Source: a virus. From it: a DNA stretch of 64,000 bases. A program made the translations under genes and the position numbers. The notes below the pieces were generated by a model. It saw only the letters and a program-made list of their open reading frames with translations, ran no database searches and was not told the origin of the DNA. This document shows, one piece after another, positions 20,416 through 29,883 of the stretch. Every line of letters starts with the position of its first letter. Position 1 is the stretch's first letter. Location: the IMG/VR virus record IMGVR_UViG_3300025648_000013; one strand, given 5' to 3'.

Positions 20416-21675
20416 ATGGCTGACCAAGACAACAAATCAAAGATGGCGATTCCAAATCAGCCTAAGGACTTGGCTCGTAAACTAGTCAAGGCTCCTGCTG
20501 AAGACATTGCCAACTACGTTCTTGGTGATGCAGCTAAAGCTGGCATTAAGAAGTTTGGTGCAGCACATCCAACACTTAGAAGCAATCAGCCAAATATGTC
20601 TTCAAAAGAAAATGAAGACACTTTTGATGGTGGTAGCGTAAAAGATGATACAACTCGTCGCGCCGATTATGAAACTGGCCAAGACGAAGCTGCATATCGT
20701 AACGGACATGGCGAAACAAACAAAGAAAAAATCAAAAAGAAAGTTGCCGAATCTGTAGTTGCTATGGCTGCACGTAAGGTAAAGGTAGAACCAGTCAATG
20801 CACAAAAGAAAGGTGCAATGTCTACGCATGGTTCAGAGCATGAAACCTCAGAAGTTGCTGGTGATGATACATCAGAACCGCAACAAAAGAAGCATCATGT
20901 AAAGATTCCACCACAGGTTGTTACCAGTGAATCAACTAGTCCTGATTCACATTTTGAAAAACAATCATCAAAAATGCAATCTGCAATCAATCTTCATTTA
21001 CGTAATGGCAAAGACTACTGGGGTGCTGTAGAAGCTGCAAAGAAGCATGTAAAAGAAGAATATCTATCAGAACTAGGTGAGCCAATGGCTCCTGCTCCGG
21101 CAACCTCAGACAGCCCAGGTTGGTCAGGTCAATCATCTTCATCAGATCAGCCAGGAATGGGCAAAGACGGCAGCAACAAGAACACAGATTCAGATGCTGG
21201 CGACGATGACAGCGACGAAGGTTCAGACGAAACTGTAACTGCCGCTCGTGACAATCTTGAAGTGATTGCTACACAAGCCGCTGAACTATACGAAAACATT
21301 GAAGACAACGCAAAGCTTCCTGATTGGGTTCTAGAAAAACTAGAACTAGCCAAGAACTTTGTCAACTCAGTCGCAAAGCACATCTCGGACACTAAAGACG
21401 AAGATAGTGACGATGAAGACGATGACGGTTCAGAAAACAAAGACAACACCGATACAGCAAAGCCAACTGCTTTCAAAAACAACGGTGAGCAAGCACTAGC
21501 TAAAGAAGAAGTCCTATCAGCTAAAGCTGGTCGCGCAGGCAAAGACTTGGGCAAACCAGGCAAAAGCTTTGCTATGATTGCTGCTAAAGCTGGTAAGAAA
21601 TACGGTTCAAAAGAGAGCGGCGCAAAGGTTGCTGGTGCAATCCTCGCTAAGATTCGCAAAGCACACGGAGTATAA
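20416..21675 (+). CDS. Charged prohead core/internal head protein
   Basis: Between gp67-like and gp21; low complexity; several (L/V)-x-E protease-type sites. Confidence 0.6.
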   Translation: MADQDNKSKMAIPNQPKDLARKLVKAPAEDIANYVLGDAAKAGIKKFGAAHPTLRSNQPNMSSKENEDTFDGGSVKDDTTRRADYETGQDEAAYRNGHGETNKEKIKKKVAESVVAMAARKVKVEPVNAQKKGAMSTHGSEHETSEVAGDDTSEPQQKKHHVKIPPQVVTSESTSPDSHFEKQSSKMQSAINLHLRNGKDYWGAVEAAKKHVKEEYLSELGEPMAPAPATSDSPGWSGQSSSSDQPGMGKDGSNKNTDSDAGDDDSDEGSDETVTAARDNLEVIATQAAELYENIEDNAKLPDWVLEKLELAKNFVNSVAKHISDTKDEDSDDEDDDGSENKDNTDTAKPTAFKNNGEQALAKEEVLSAKAGRAGKDLGKPGKSFAMIAAKAGKKYGSKESGAKVAGAILAKIRKAHGV

Positions 21676-21679
21676 TCAG

Positions 21680-22357
21680 ATGAAACTCATTTGCGAAATG
21701 CTAGACAGCAAGATTGACGTTCTAAAAGAAGCCACTGAAGGTGGTAAGAAGCAGTATCATATCGAAGGTGTTTTCCTCATGGGTGACCGCCCTAACAAGA
21801 ACGGTCGTATCTATGAGTCGAAGGTACTTGCCAAAGAAGTTGCTCGTTACACAAAAGAACTTATTGAAACAAACCGCGCTTATGGCGAACTAGGGCATCC
21901 TGCTGGTCCATCAATCAATCTAGATCGCGCTTGTATGATGATCAAGTCACTTCGTCAAGAGGGCTCAGATTTCATCGGTAAAGCAAAGATTCTTGGTACA
22001 CCAATGGGTGATATTGTCAAGAACCTTTTAGATGAAGGTGCTAATCTTGGTGTCTCATCACGCGGTATGGGAACACTGAAATCGATTGATGGTGTCATGC
22101 GCGTTCAAGATGACTTTATGCTTGCTACTGCTGCTGATATTGTTGCCGATCCTTCTGCACACAACGCATTCGTTCGTGGCGTTATGGAGAACGTTGAATG
22201 GGTTTATGACGTTGCTTCTGGTTCTTGGAGAGCCGCAGAGCAGCTAGAAGAAACCAAGAAAGAACTAAAGAGAATGTCGATGACGGAGATTTCTAATAAT
22301 CAAATGCGTCTTTTCGAAAACTATCTAAGTTCTCTCGCGACGAAAACATTTTTATAA
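21680..22357 (+). CDS. gp21: Prohead protease gp21
   Basis: 'NKNGRIY', 'GELGHP', 'LGVSSRGMG', 'DIVADPSA'. Confidence 0.96.
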   Translation: MKLICEMLDSKIDVLKEATEGGKKQYHIEGVFLMGDRPNKNGRIYESKVLAKEVARYTKELIETNRAYGELGHPAGPSINLDRACMMIKSLRQEGSDFIGKAKILGTPMGDIVKNLLDEGANLGVSSRGMGTLKSIDGVMRVQDDFMLATAADIVADPSAHNAFVRGVMENVEWVYDVASGSWRAAEQLEETKKELKRMSMTEISNNQMRLFENYLSSLATKTFL

Positions 22358-22390
22358 ATAGCACATAGTAAATAAAAGGAAGCAACAGTT

Positions 22391-23683
22391 ATGGAAAAGT
22401 CGATTCAAGATAAGGATCTTCGCGATATCGCAGAGAAAGCAGCCCGACATGCACATAAATGTGGCATGTCAAAGGAAGAAGCCCATCAGTATATCTATGA
22501 TGAAGTAGAAGATGCTAATGAAGGTCATCCACACGCTGCTGCTGTTGCTCACGGAAAACGCCACTACGCAAAGGTATGTTCAATGAAAGAAGAAAATCTA
22601 AACGAGTTCGCCTCTTCTGACGGTATCAGCCACACAGCCGATCCACTAGGTAAGGATGGTCATAAAGGTCGTGATGCTGATAAGCTATCAGGTGGCCAAG
22701 AAGCAATGCCACAGTTTGCTACTAAAGCAGAAGCTATCAATGCTCTTATGGCACACGTTTCAGGTATGCCAACACAGAAGATCGGTGATATCTTCAAGGG
22801 TCTAACCGACGACAACTTCAAGCACGATGCATCAAAAGCCAAAGCTACTCGCCGTAATCCTGGTGCAATGGCCAAGGACGATATGTCAGACGGCGAAACT
22901 ATCGCACAAATGCATATCTCACCAACATCAGCTAAGGGTTCATCAGCCGCTACTATCGCTGCTGAAGACCTAGACATCATGTTTGGTGGTGAAGAACTAT
23001 CAGAAGAAGTACGTGAAAAAGCACGTACCATTTTTGAAGCGGCTGTTAATGCGCGTCTATACGCTGAAGTTGCCCGCATCGAAGAAGAGTTTGAATCAAA
23101 TCTAGTTGAAGCCCTAGCATACAAGATTGAACAACTATCAGAGAACGTTGACAAGTATCTCTCATATGCCGTCGAACAATGGGTTGTAGATAATGAGATT
23201 GCTATTGAATCAGGTCTAAAGGCTGAAGTCGTTGAAGGCTTCATTCATGGTCTTAAGGATCTATTTGAACAAAACTATGTTGATATTCCAGAAGACAAAG
23301 TTGATGTTATCGAAGAACTATCACAGCAAGTGATTGATCTTGAAAGCCGCGTCAACTCAGTTGTTAAAGAAAATGTTGAGTTGAAGGATTATGTCGATTC
23401 TCTAGAAGTTGATAGAGTATTCGCAGAAGCAGTTGATACACTTCCTCTAACACAACAAGAAAAGCTTCGTTCACTTGTTGAAGGCATCGAATATTCAGAC
23501 GTGACTGAGTTCACTAAGAAGCTTGGTGTAATCAAAGAGACCTACTTCCCAACTGAAGGTGGAAAGAAAACAGTCGCTTTGACCGAAGCAACAGACTATG
23601 AAACTGATGACGATGATCATTCAGACGTATCTGGACCAATGTCAGTATACATGAGAGCAATTTCGCAATCTGCAAAAAAGTAA
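22391..23683 (+). CDS. gp22: Prohead scaffold gp22
   Basis: 'LSEEVREKARTIFEAAV', 'VDKYLSYAVEQW'. Confidence 0.93.
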   Translation: MEKSIQDKDLRDIAEKAARHAHKCGMSKEEAHQYIYDEVEDANEGHPHAAAVAHGKRHYAKVCSMKEENLNEFASSDGISHTADPLGKDGHKGRDADKLSGGQEAMPQFATKAEAINALMAHVSGMPTQKIGDIFKGLTDDNFKHDASKAKATRRNPGAMAKDDMSDGETIAQMHISPTSAKGSSAATIAAEDLDIMFGGEELSEEVREKARTIFEAAVNARLYAEVARIEEEFESNLVEALAYKIEQLSENVDKYLSYAVEQWVVDNEIAIESGLKAEVVEGFIHGLKDLFEQNYVDIPEDKVDVIEELSQQVIDLESRVNSVVKENVELKDYVDSLEVDRVFAEAVDTLPLTQQEKLRSLVEGIEYSDVTEFTKKLGVIKETYFPTEGGKKTVALTEATDYETDDDDHSDVSGPMSVYMRAISQSAKK

Positions 23684-23730
23684 AAATATAAATAACTGTA
23701 ACCCAAATAGAAAGAAAAAGGGAGAACACA

Positions 23731-25119
23731 ATGTTACTCAACGAACAGATCCAATCAAAGTGGGGCCCAGTGCTTGAACATCCTGATCTTCCAAAGATCC
23801 AAGATGCACACAAGCGTTCGGTTGTTGCACAGCTACTTGAAAACACCGAAACCGCTCTACGCGAAGCTGGTGCCCAAGGCTCAATGCAGTCACTTCTAGA
23901 AACTTCAGACTCAGCCCCAACTAACGTTTCAGGTGGTTCACTCAACTACGATCCAGTGCTTATCTCACTAGTTCGTCGTGCGATGCCTAACCTAATCGCT
24001 TATGACATCTGCGGTGTTCAGCCAATGACTGGTCCAACTGGGCTAATCTTCGCTCTACGTCCACAGTATTCAAACCAGGCTGGTCAGGACGCATTCTACT
24101 ACGAACCAAACACTGCGCAGTCATCATACTACGGCTCAAACGCTTCTATCACTGCTAATACGACTGTTGGTAACACACAGGTTGTCGGTGGTGCTTCAAG
24201 CGATCTTGGTGGCGTCTATGGCGTTTCAAACACTGTCATTGTTTCAGGTAACTCACAGACCTACAACTTTGAAGGTGGTATGCAGACCTCATATGCTGAA
24301 CAGCTAGGTTCAACCACACTAGGCAACGATTTTGCTCAGATGGCCTTCTCAATCGATAAGGTTACTGTTACTGCAAACTCACGCGCTCTAAAGGCTGAAT
24401 ATTCAATCGAACTAGCCCAGGATCTAAAAGCAATCCATGGTCTAGATGCAGAAACAGAACTTTCAACCATTCTTTCTGCTGAAATCCTTGCTGAAATCAA
24501 CCGTGAAGTCGTTCGTACAGTTGTTCTAACTTCAGCCCCAGGTGCTGTTGATACTACTAACCCAGGCGTATTCGACCTTGACGTTGACTCAAACGGCCGT
24601 TGGTCAGTTGAAAAGTTCAAGGGCCTAATGTTCCAGATCGAACGTGAAGCTAACGCTATTGCCAAGGCAACTCGTCGTGGTAAAGGTAACATCCTAATCT
24701 GTTCATCAGACGTTGCTTCTGCTCTACAGATGGCCGGTGTTCTTGACTACGCTCCTGCTCTAAACAGCAACAACCTCCAGGTTGACGATACAGGCAACAC
24801 CTTTGCTGGTGTCCTAAATGGTCGCATTCGCGTCTATATCGATCCATATGCTGGTGGTAACTACGCCGTTGTCGGTTACAAGGGTTCATCAGCATTTGAT
24901 GCTGGTGTGTTCTACTGCCCATACGTTCCACTACAGATGGTTCGTGCGGTTGGTCAAGATACCTTCCAGCCAAAGATCGGGTTCAAGACACGCTACGGCA
25001 TGGTCTCTAACCCATTCGCTGCTGGTGCAATCAACGGTGCTGCTTCAACTACAACTGGTGCACTCGTTCAAAACCAGAACGTGTTCTATCGCCGCTTTAC
25101 CGTTGCAAACATCATTTAA
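23731..25119 (+). CDS. gp23: Major capsid protein gp23
   Basis: 'LVRRAMPNLIAYDICGVQPMTGPTGLIFA', 'FQPKIGFKTRYG'; late promoter at 23687. Confidence 0.98.
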   Translation: MLLNEQIQSKWGPVLEHPDLPKIQDAHKRSVVAQLLENTETALREAGAQGSMQSLLETSDSAPTNVSGGSLNYDPVLISLVRRAMPNLIAYDICGVQPMTGPTGLIFALRPQYSNQAGQDAFYYEPNTAQSSYYGSNASITANTTVGNTQVVGGASSDLGGVYGVSNTVIVSGNSQTYNFEGGMQTSYAEQLGSTTLGNDFAQMAFSIDKVTVTANSRALKAEYSIELAQDLKAIHGLDAETELSTILSAEILAEINREVVRTVVLTSAPGAVDTTNPGVFDLDVDSNGRWSVEKFKGLMFQIEREANAIAKATRRGKGNILICSSDVASALQMAGVLDYAPALNSNNLQVDDTGNTFAGVLNGRIRVYIDPYAGGNYAVVGYKGSSAFDAGVFYCPYVPLQMVRAVGQDTFQPKIGFKTRYGMVSNPFAAGAINGAASTTTGALVQNQNVFYRRFTVANII

Positions 25120-25146
25120 AAAATAATAAAAGTGATGTTAAACTGT

Positions 25147-25180
25147 GGGGGGAGAATCGAAAGGTTCTCCCCCTTTCTTT
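25147..25180 (+). terminator. Intrinsic terminator after gp23
   Basis: GGGGGAGAA...TTCTCCCCC followed by TTTCTTT. Confidence 0.85.
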
Positions 25181-25245
25181 ATGTCTAATGATCTGTTGAT
25201 ATAAATACAGTATCAAATGACTTATGCGTGTATTAGGAGATTTTC

Positions 25246-27459
25246 ATGACATTTAAAACACCAGCAAACAATTCTGTAATTCAGCCAGTAGGTATCTCAT
25301 CTAAACCAACTTTTGGTTCGATGGACAATCTAGGTCGCGTTCGCACTTCGCGTCACCAGAATATTTACGAAGCAGACTTTGAATATGGCGCGCAGCCAAT
25401 GCGCTGGGAAAACTATGTTATTAGTCCATCTAGCAACTCTTCTATTCAGCAACTACCAGGATCTGGTGGTGTTCGTATGCGCCTTGGTACAGCAAGTGGT
25501 GATGTAACTATTCGTCAGACAAGACCATATCATCGTTATCAGCCAGGCAAGACTATGATCATGTCAACTGCTTTGAACTTTGGTACAGCACAAACAAATC
25601 AGCGCCAGCGCGTAGGTTTCTTCGATGATGGCAATGGTGTGTTCCTGGAACAAGGTGATCCTGTGTATGCAAACTCTATTACGGCATTTACCGGTAACAG
25701 TACAGCAAACTCAAATCTTATTACTGGTTTGTCAAGCACTGCTACTATGTACATTGGTATGCCAGTAACTGGACCAAACATCAATCCAAGTGTTACTGTT
25801 AAAGATACTAATGGAACATTAAACATTCCATATACAACAGTTGTGCAAAATATCATCAATAGTACCGCAGTTGCTATCAGTTCACCAACAACTTCAACGA
25901 CAACTGGTACCAGCTATCAGTTTACAACACAAGCCAATCCATTTGGTATGTTTTGTGTCGTTCGCTCAGATGTCAATCAAGCAGGTGTAGTAAATCACGG
26001 CACCAACTCAGGTGTTCCAACAGACTATCGCGTTCCTCTTCCAGCATGGAATGGTGATCAGGCTACAATCAACTCTCTTGATTGGTCACGTATTCAGATG
26101 ATCTGGCAAGAATATACTTGGTATGGTGCTGGTATGGTACGCTGGGGCGTAGTCATCAATGGTGAATGGATTGTTCTACATTACATCGGTTTCGGTAATA
26201 AAGGTCCGATCAATACGACAAATCCACAAATTGGAAACATTGTTATTCCAGCACAAGAAAGCCCATGGTCACGTACTGGTAACCTTCCAGTTCGTTATGA
26301 ACAGCGCAATATTGGCGTAACTGCTTCACAGAACGATATGTTCCACTATGGTGTTTCTGTTGTTATTGAAGGCGGACAAGATGACCAACGCGGATTTACT
26401 TATCCGTATGGTATGTCAAACACTTCACCTAAGAGAACGGTTTCTGGATCTACTGCTCGTTATCCTGTTCTTACTATGGCCAGTCGCCCTATGGCAACTA
26501 TTGAAATGAGCGGCAACGGAACATACAATGCCATCAACTCAACAAGCACAAACTCAACACTTTATTTTACAACAGCAAATACCTCATTTGATGGTGTTCA
26601 AACATCATCATTGATTGGTAACTATACTTCTGGTAATAATATTGTTGTTATCACTTCTGGTAGTACAGCAAACGTTTATGTTGGGCAAACTGTTACATCA
26701 AACTTAACGGGCATTCCTGCTACTACAGTAACATCTTTTGTGAACACAACAGCATATACAATATCTGCTCCTGCTACAGTAACACAGACTGGCGCTCAGG
26801 TCAATACGTATACTAATAATACACTTACTGGTCGTCATATTTACTTCCCTGCACAAGGAACAAGTAACACAGGGTTAACTGGACGTATCACTTCAAGTAA
26901 CTCAACAGTCATTACATATGGCAATATTATCACTGGTGCACCTATTGCAAATACTGCATCCATGACTGGTACTCCTTTCCAGATTGGTCTAATCAATCGT
27001 GGTCAGCTACTACCAAAGAAGATGTATCTATCAGCCGATGCTCAGTGTATTGTTGAGTTGATTACGTCAACAACTTCAAGCCCTATTCTATTGACTGGTG
27101 CGCAGTTCTACACACTAGCAAACACCACAACATCAAACACAACTGCTGGTACAATCACACAGGCAAATGGTATTACATTCGCTAATGGTGCTACTGTAAA
27201 CTCTATCGGTCTTGGGTCAAACTACTCGTTTGCAATGAGAGACGTTTCGGCTACAGCGATGACAGGTGGTGAAGTTGTGTTTGCATTCACTGCTCCTGCT
27301 GGTGGTTCTGGTCTACAAGAAATCGATCTATCATATTTCTTCCCACTCTATAACACTGTTGCTGGTAACCTAACTGACCAGTTGACTGTTGCTATTACAA
27401 CAGGATCTAACGCAGCAAACGTTGGTGTTCACATCATCGCACAGGAAGCGATGTCATAA
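25246..27459 (+). CDS. Virion structural protein
   Basis: Late promoter upstream; 'RQTRPYHRYQPGK', 'WYGAGMVRWG', 'NLPVRYE' motifs. Confidence 0.7.
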   Translation: MTFKTPANNSVIQPVGISSKPTFGSMDNLGRVRTSRHQNIYEADFEYGAQPMRWENYVISPSSNSSIQQLPGSGGVRMRLGTASGDVTIRQTRPYHRYQPGKTMIMSTALNFGTAQTNQRQRVGFFDDGNGVFLEQGDPVYANSITAFTGNSTANSNLITGLSSTATMYIGMPVTGPNINPSVTVKDTNGTLNIPYTTVVQNIINSTAVAISSPTTSTTTGTSYQFTTQANPFGMFCVVRSDVNQAGVVNHGTNSGVPTDYRVPLPAWNGDQATINSLDWSRIQMIWQEYTWYGAGMVRWGVVINGEWIVLHYIGFGNKGPINTTNPQIGNIVIPAQESPWSRTGNLPVRYEQRNIGVTASQNDMFHYGVSVVIEGGQDDQRGFTYPYGMSNTSPKRTVSGSTARYPVLTMASRPMATIEMSGNGTYNAINSTSTNSTLYFTTANTSFDGVQTSSLIGNYTSGNNIVVITSGSTANVYVGQTVTSNLTGIPATTVTSFVNTTAYTISAPATVTQTGAQVNTYTNNTLTGRHIYFPAQGTSNTGLTGRITSSNSTVITYGNIITGAPIANTASMTGTPFQIGLINRGQLLPKKMYLSADAQCIVELITSTTSSPILLTGAQFYTLANTTTSNTTAGTITQANGITFANGATVNSIGLGSNYSFAMRDVSATAMTGGEVVFAFTAPAGGSGLQEIDLSYFFPLYNTVAGNLTDQLTVAITTGSNAANVGVHIIAQEAMS

Positions 27460-27473
27460 GAAAAGGAAAGCAC

Positions 27474-28253
27474 ATGCCTACCAGAAAATATGGTTACATT
27501 AAAGACCCATATGATCCTAGAGACTGGAAGTTTAGTGCGATTCATGCTCCTAAAGCTGCACCTTTACCAGATAAGGTCAGTCTTCGAAGCAAGTTTAAAG
27601 AAAAGCCATACGATCAAGGCGAACTAGGTTCTTGTTCTGCACAAGCAGCCACAGCAGCCTTTACCTTTGTTCATGATGGTGGTCCATATTCAAGACTAGC
27701 ACTTTATTATCAAGAGCGAGTTCTAGAAGGCACAGTCGAGCATGACTCTGGTGCATTTCTTCGCGATGCAATCAAGGTTCTAAATCTACAAGGTGTTGGT
27801 CTAGAAAAAGATTGGCCATACGATATCTCAAAGTTCGCTGTTGCTCCTCCTGCAATCGAAGTTCAAGAAGCATTGGAGAACAAGATTTCTGCTTACTCAT
27901 CTCTAGCAGATGGTAGTGGTATCGAATATCGTCAATGTCTATCTGATGGATTCCCATTCATTATTGGCATTCAAATCTATCAAGACTTTGAATCGCCAGA
28001 AGTTGCACAATCTGGTGTTATTTCAATGCCAGAATACTGGACACAGTGCTTAGGTGGTCATGCTGTTACAGTCATTGGTTATGATAATAACTTTGATCCT
28101 AGTGCGAATGGTGCAGATGGTAAAGTAGAACCATACTACGAAGTACGCAACTCTTGGGGAACAGACTGGGGCGACGATGGCCACTTCTGGATTCCAGCAA
28201 GATATCTAGAAGATCCCAAGTTAGCTACAGACGCTTGGACAATCCGTAAATAA
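27474..28253 (+). CDS. Papain-like (C1) cysteine protease
   Basis: 'DQGELGSCSA', 'GGHAV', 'RNSWGTDWG'. Confidence 0.92.
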   Translation: MPTRKYGYIKDPYDPRDWKFSAIHAPKAAPLPDKVSLRSKFKEKPYDQGELGSCSAQAATAAFTFVHDGGPYSRLALYYQERVLEGTVEHDSGAFLRDAIKVLNLQGVGLEKDWPYDISKFAVAPPAIEVQEALENKISAYSSLADGSGIEYRQCLSDGFPFIIGIQIYQDFESPEVAQSGVISMPEYWTQCLGGHAVTVIGYDNNFDPSANGADGKVEPYYEVRNSWGTDWGDDGHFWIPARYLEDPKLATDAWTIRK

Positions 28254-28286
28254 AAAAAGGGGGAGTAGTTTTGCTACTCCCCTTTA
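28252..28286. terminator. Bidirectional terminator
   Basis: A-run, GGGGAGTAG-tttg-CTACTCCCC, T-run, between convergent units. Confidence 0.85.
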
Positions 28287-28291
28287 AACTT

Positions 28292-28366
28292 TGGATTCCC
28301 GGGTTGGCCCCGCCCCAACATTAACGCCTTCAAAGGGCGTGGTCCTACTCATTAGACGACCGGGAA
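28292..28366 (-). tRNA. tRNA-Gln(TTG), atypical T-loop
   Basis: TTCCCGG/CCGGGAA acceptor; ACGCC-CT TTG AA-GGCGT; T-loop GGCGGGG; CCA encoded. Confidence 0.8.
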
Positions 28367-28396
28367 TCAAAAGAGCATTGCGCTCTACTTATTATT

Positions 28397-28482
28397 TGGT
28401 ACGGCTGGTGGGACTCGAACCCACACTAACAAAGTTAACCGAAGCTTAAATCCGGCGGGTCTACCAATTCCCCCACGCCCGC
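28397..28482 (-). tRNA. tRNA-Leu(TAA)
   Basis: CCGGA-TT TAA GC-TTCGG; long variable arm; TTCGAGT T-loop; CCA; two acceptor mismatches. Confidence 0.8.
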
Positions 28483-28527
28483 ACAAACTCTCTAAATCAT
28501 AAATAATAATAAAAAGGGAGTATAATC

Positions 28528-28890
28528 ATGTCTATCAAAGATAACATCACTAAGTTCAACGACATGGTTGCAGTGAACCTTACAGATACAGTAGGAACCA
28601 TGTGGTGTGCTTATGCGTTTGCTTTGTTGGCTCTAATCAGTCTACCAGACGCTATTCACGCTGGGCTTGCAGCTACAATCTCATGGATCGCACAGACATT
28701 TCTTCAACTAGTTCTACTTAGTGTGATCATGGTAGGTCAAGAAGTTCAAGCCAGAAAGACAGAAGCTAGAAGCCAGCAAGATCACGAAACGATCTTGGCC
28801 GAGTTTGCTGAAATCAAAGCAATGCATGCCGAACTAACATCACTCCATGAGGACAAAGAAGGATGTGGATACGTAGAACAAAAGCAGTAA
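28528..28890 (+). CDS. Membrane protein (DUF1003-like)
   Basis: 'VGTMWCAYAFALLAL', 'WIAQTFLQLVLLSVIMVGQ'. Confidence 0.65.
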   Translation: MSIKDNITKFNDMVAVNLTDTVGTMWCAYAFALLALISLPDAIHAGLAATISWIAQTFLQLVLLSVIMVGQEVQARKTEARSQQDHETILAEFAEIKAMHAELTSLHEDKEGCGYVEQKQ

Positions 28891-29444
28891 TAGTAGCACT
28901 AACACTTCTGTTCTCTGCTCCAGCACTCGCGGAAGATCAACAGATCAATGCTGATAGACCAGGCGTAGGTATCGATGCTGACGTCATTCCACTTAAAACC
29001 TTTCAGGCTGAAGTAGGTGTTGATGGTTATGAGTTTAGAATGGCAATTGCAAAGGACTTAGAAGTATTCAAAGATAACACCAGCTTTGGTGCAAAGTATG
29101 CTATCATTTATAATCACAAGTTTGAATTATCAGCCAAGCTAGGATATGATAATAACAATGGTGTTTTCATTGAAGTGCCATCAAAGTATATTTTTAACAA
29201 ATACTTTTACTTGGGTACAGATGTTCAGATTGCTAAACATTCACAGACATATGTGACTGAATACAACTTTACACCAACAGATACACTTACAATCATGCCT
29301 TCTGTCTACTATGACACAAAGGTCAAAACTGGCATCTATGTTTCATGGATTCCACCTAAGAAACAGAATCTACAGTTTGACATTGGTTATAGCGAACACA
29401 AGTTTACCTTGGGTGTAAGTTCTGCATTTAGAGTTTTACAATAA
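28863..29444 (+). CDS. Exported, probable beta-barrel protein
   Basis: Signal peptide ending 'APALA', 'INADRPG...FQAEVG', alternating beta-strands. Confidence 0.55.
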   Translation: MWIRRTKAVIVALTLLFSAPALAEDQQINADRPGVGIDADVIPLKTFQAEVGVDGYEFRMAIAKDLEVFKDNTSFGAKYAIIYNHKFELSAKLGYDNNNGVFIEVPSKYIFNKYFYLGTDVQIAKHSQTYVTEYNFTPTDTLTIMPSVYYDTKVKTGIYVSWIPPKKQNLQFDIGYSEHKFTLGVSSAFRVLQ

Positions 29445-29447
29445 TAT

Positions 29448-29524
29448 TGGTACCCCTGGAGGGTCTCGAACCCCCAGCCGAGCCGTTATGAGCGGCCAGC
29501 TCTAACCAGTTGAGCTACAGGGGT
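29448..29524 (-). tRNA. tRNA with CAT anticodon, probably Ile2
   Basis: ACCCCTG/CAGGGGT; GGCCG-CT CAT AA-CGGCT; lacks initiator features. Confidence 0.85.
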
Positions 29525-29525
29525 A

Positions 29526-29599
29526 TGGCGAAGGTGCACGGTACCGCCCCGTGTTCTTCGGTTTTGGAGACCGACACATCACTTTAATGCTTCACCGAC
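29526..29599 (-). tRNA. tRNA-Trp(CCA), atypical T-loop
   Basis: TCGGT-CT CCA AA-ACCGA; T-loop GGCGGTA; two acceptor mismatches. Confidence 0.7.
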
Positions 29600-29605
29600 A
29601 TGAAA

Positions 29606-29684
29606 TGGCGCGCTGGGAGGGATTCGAACCCCCATGTGTCCAGTTAGCTTTCTCCTGATTAGAAGTCAGGCGGCATACCAGCGC
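29606..29684 (-). tRNA. Non-canonical D-armless tRNA-Arg(TCT)-like RNA
   Basis: Perfect acceptor and anticodon stems, canonical T arm and CCA, but only 7 nt where the D arm belongs and a 20-nt variable region. Confidence 0.7.
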
Positions 29685-29691
29685 ATAAAGC

Positions 29692-29856
29692 TTATCTAGT
29701 TTGATCTAGCGCGATATCAGACCAGTCCAGCCAGTCTTTCTCTTCGACATCCAACTTCTGACCAGAGCGATATCGTTTGATAAGTTCGCTTCGCATATTG
29801 GAGATAGCACGATACCCATGCCTGAAAGTAGGTAGATAATACTGCTTAACCAACAT
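29692..29856 (-). CDS. Small hypothetical protein (54 aa)
   Basis: AGGA RBS; MLVKQYYLPTF...; not in the track. Confidence 0.5.
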   Translation of the reverse strand: MLVKQYYLPTFRHGYRAISNMRSELIKRYRSGQKLDVEEKDWLDWSDIALDQTR

Positions 29857-29883
29857 CATAACATCCTAACAAATGTGTATTAC

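Noticed and set aside
21147-24692. Long minus-strand ORFs opposite head genes, and similar ones opposite gp43 and the HEGs
   Set aside because: Antisense shadows of strongly conserved genes, with no RBS or recognisable motifs.
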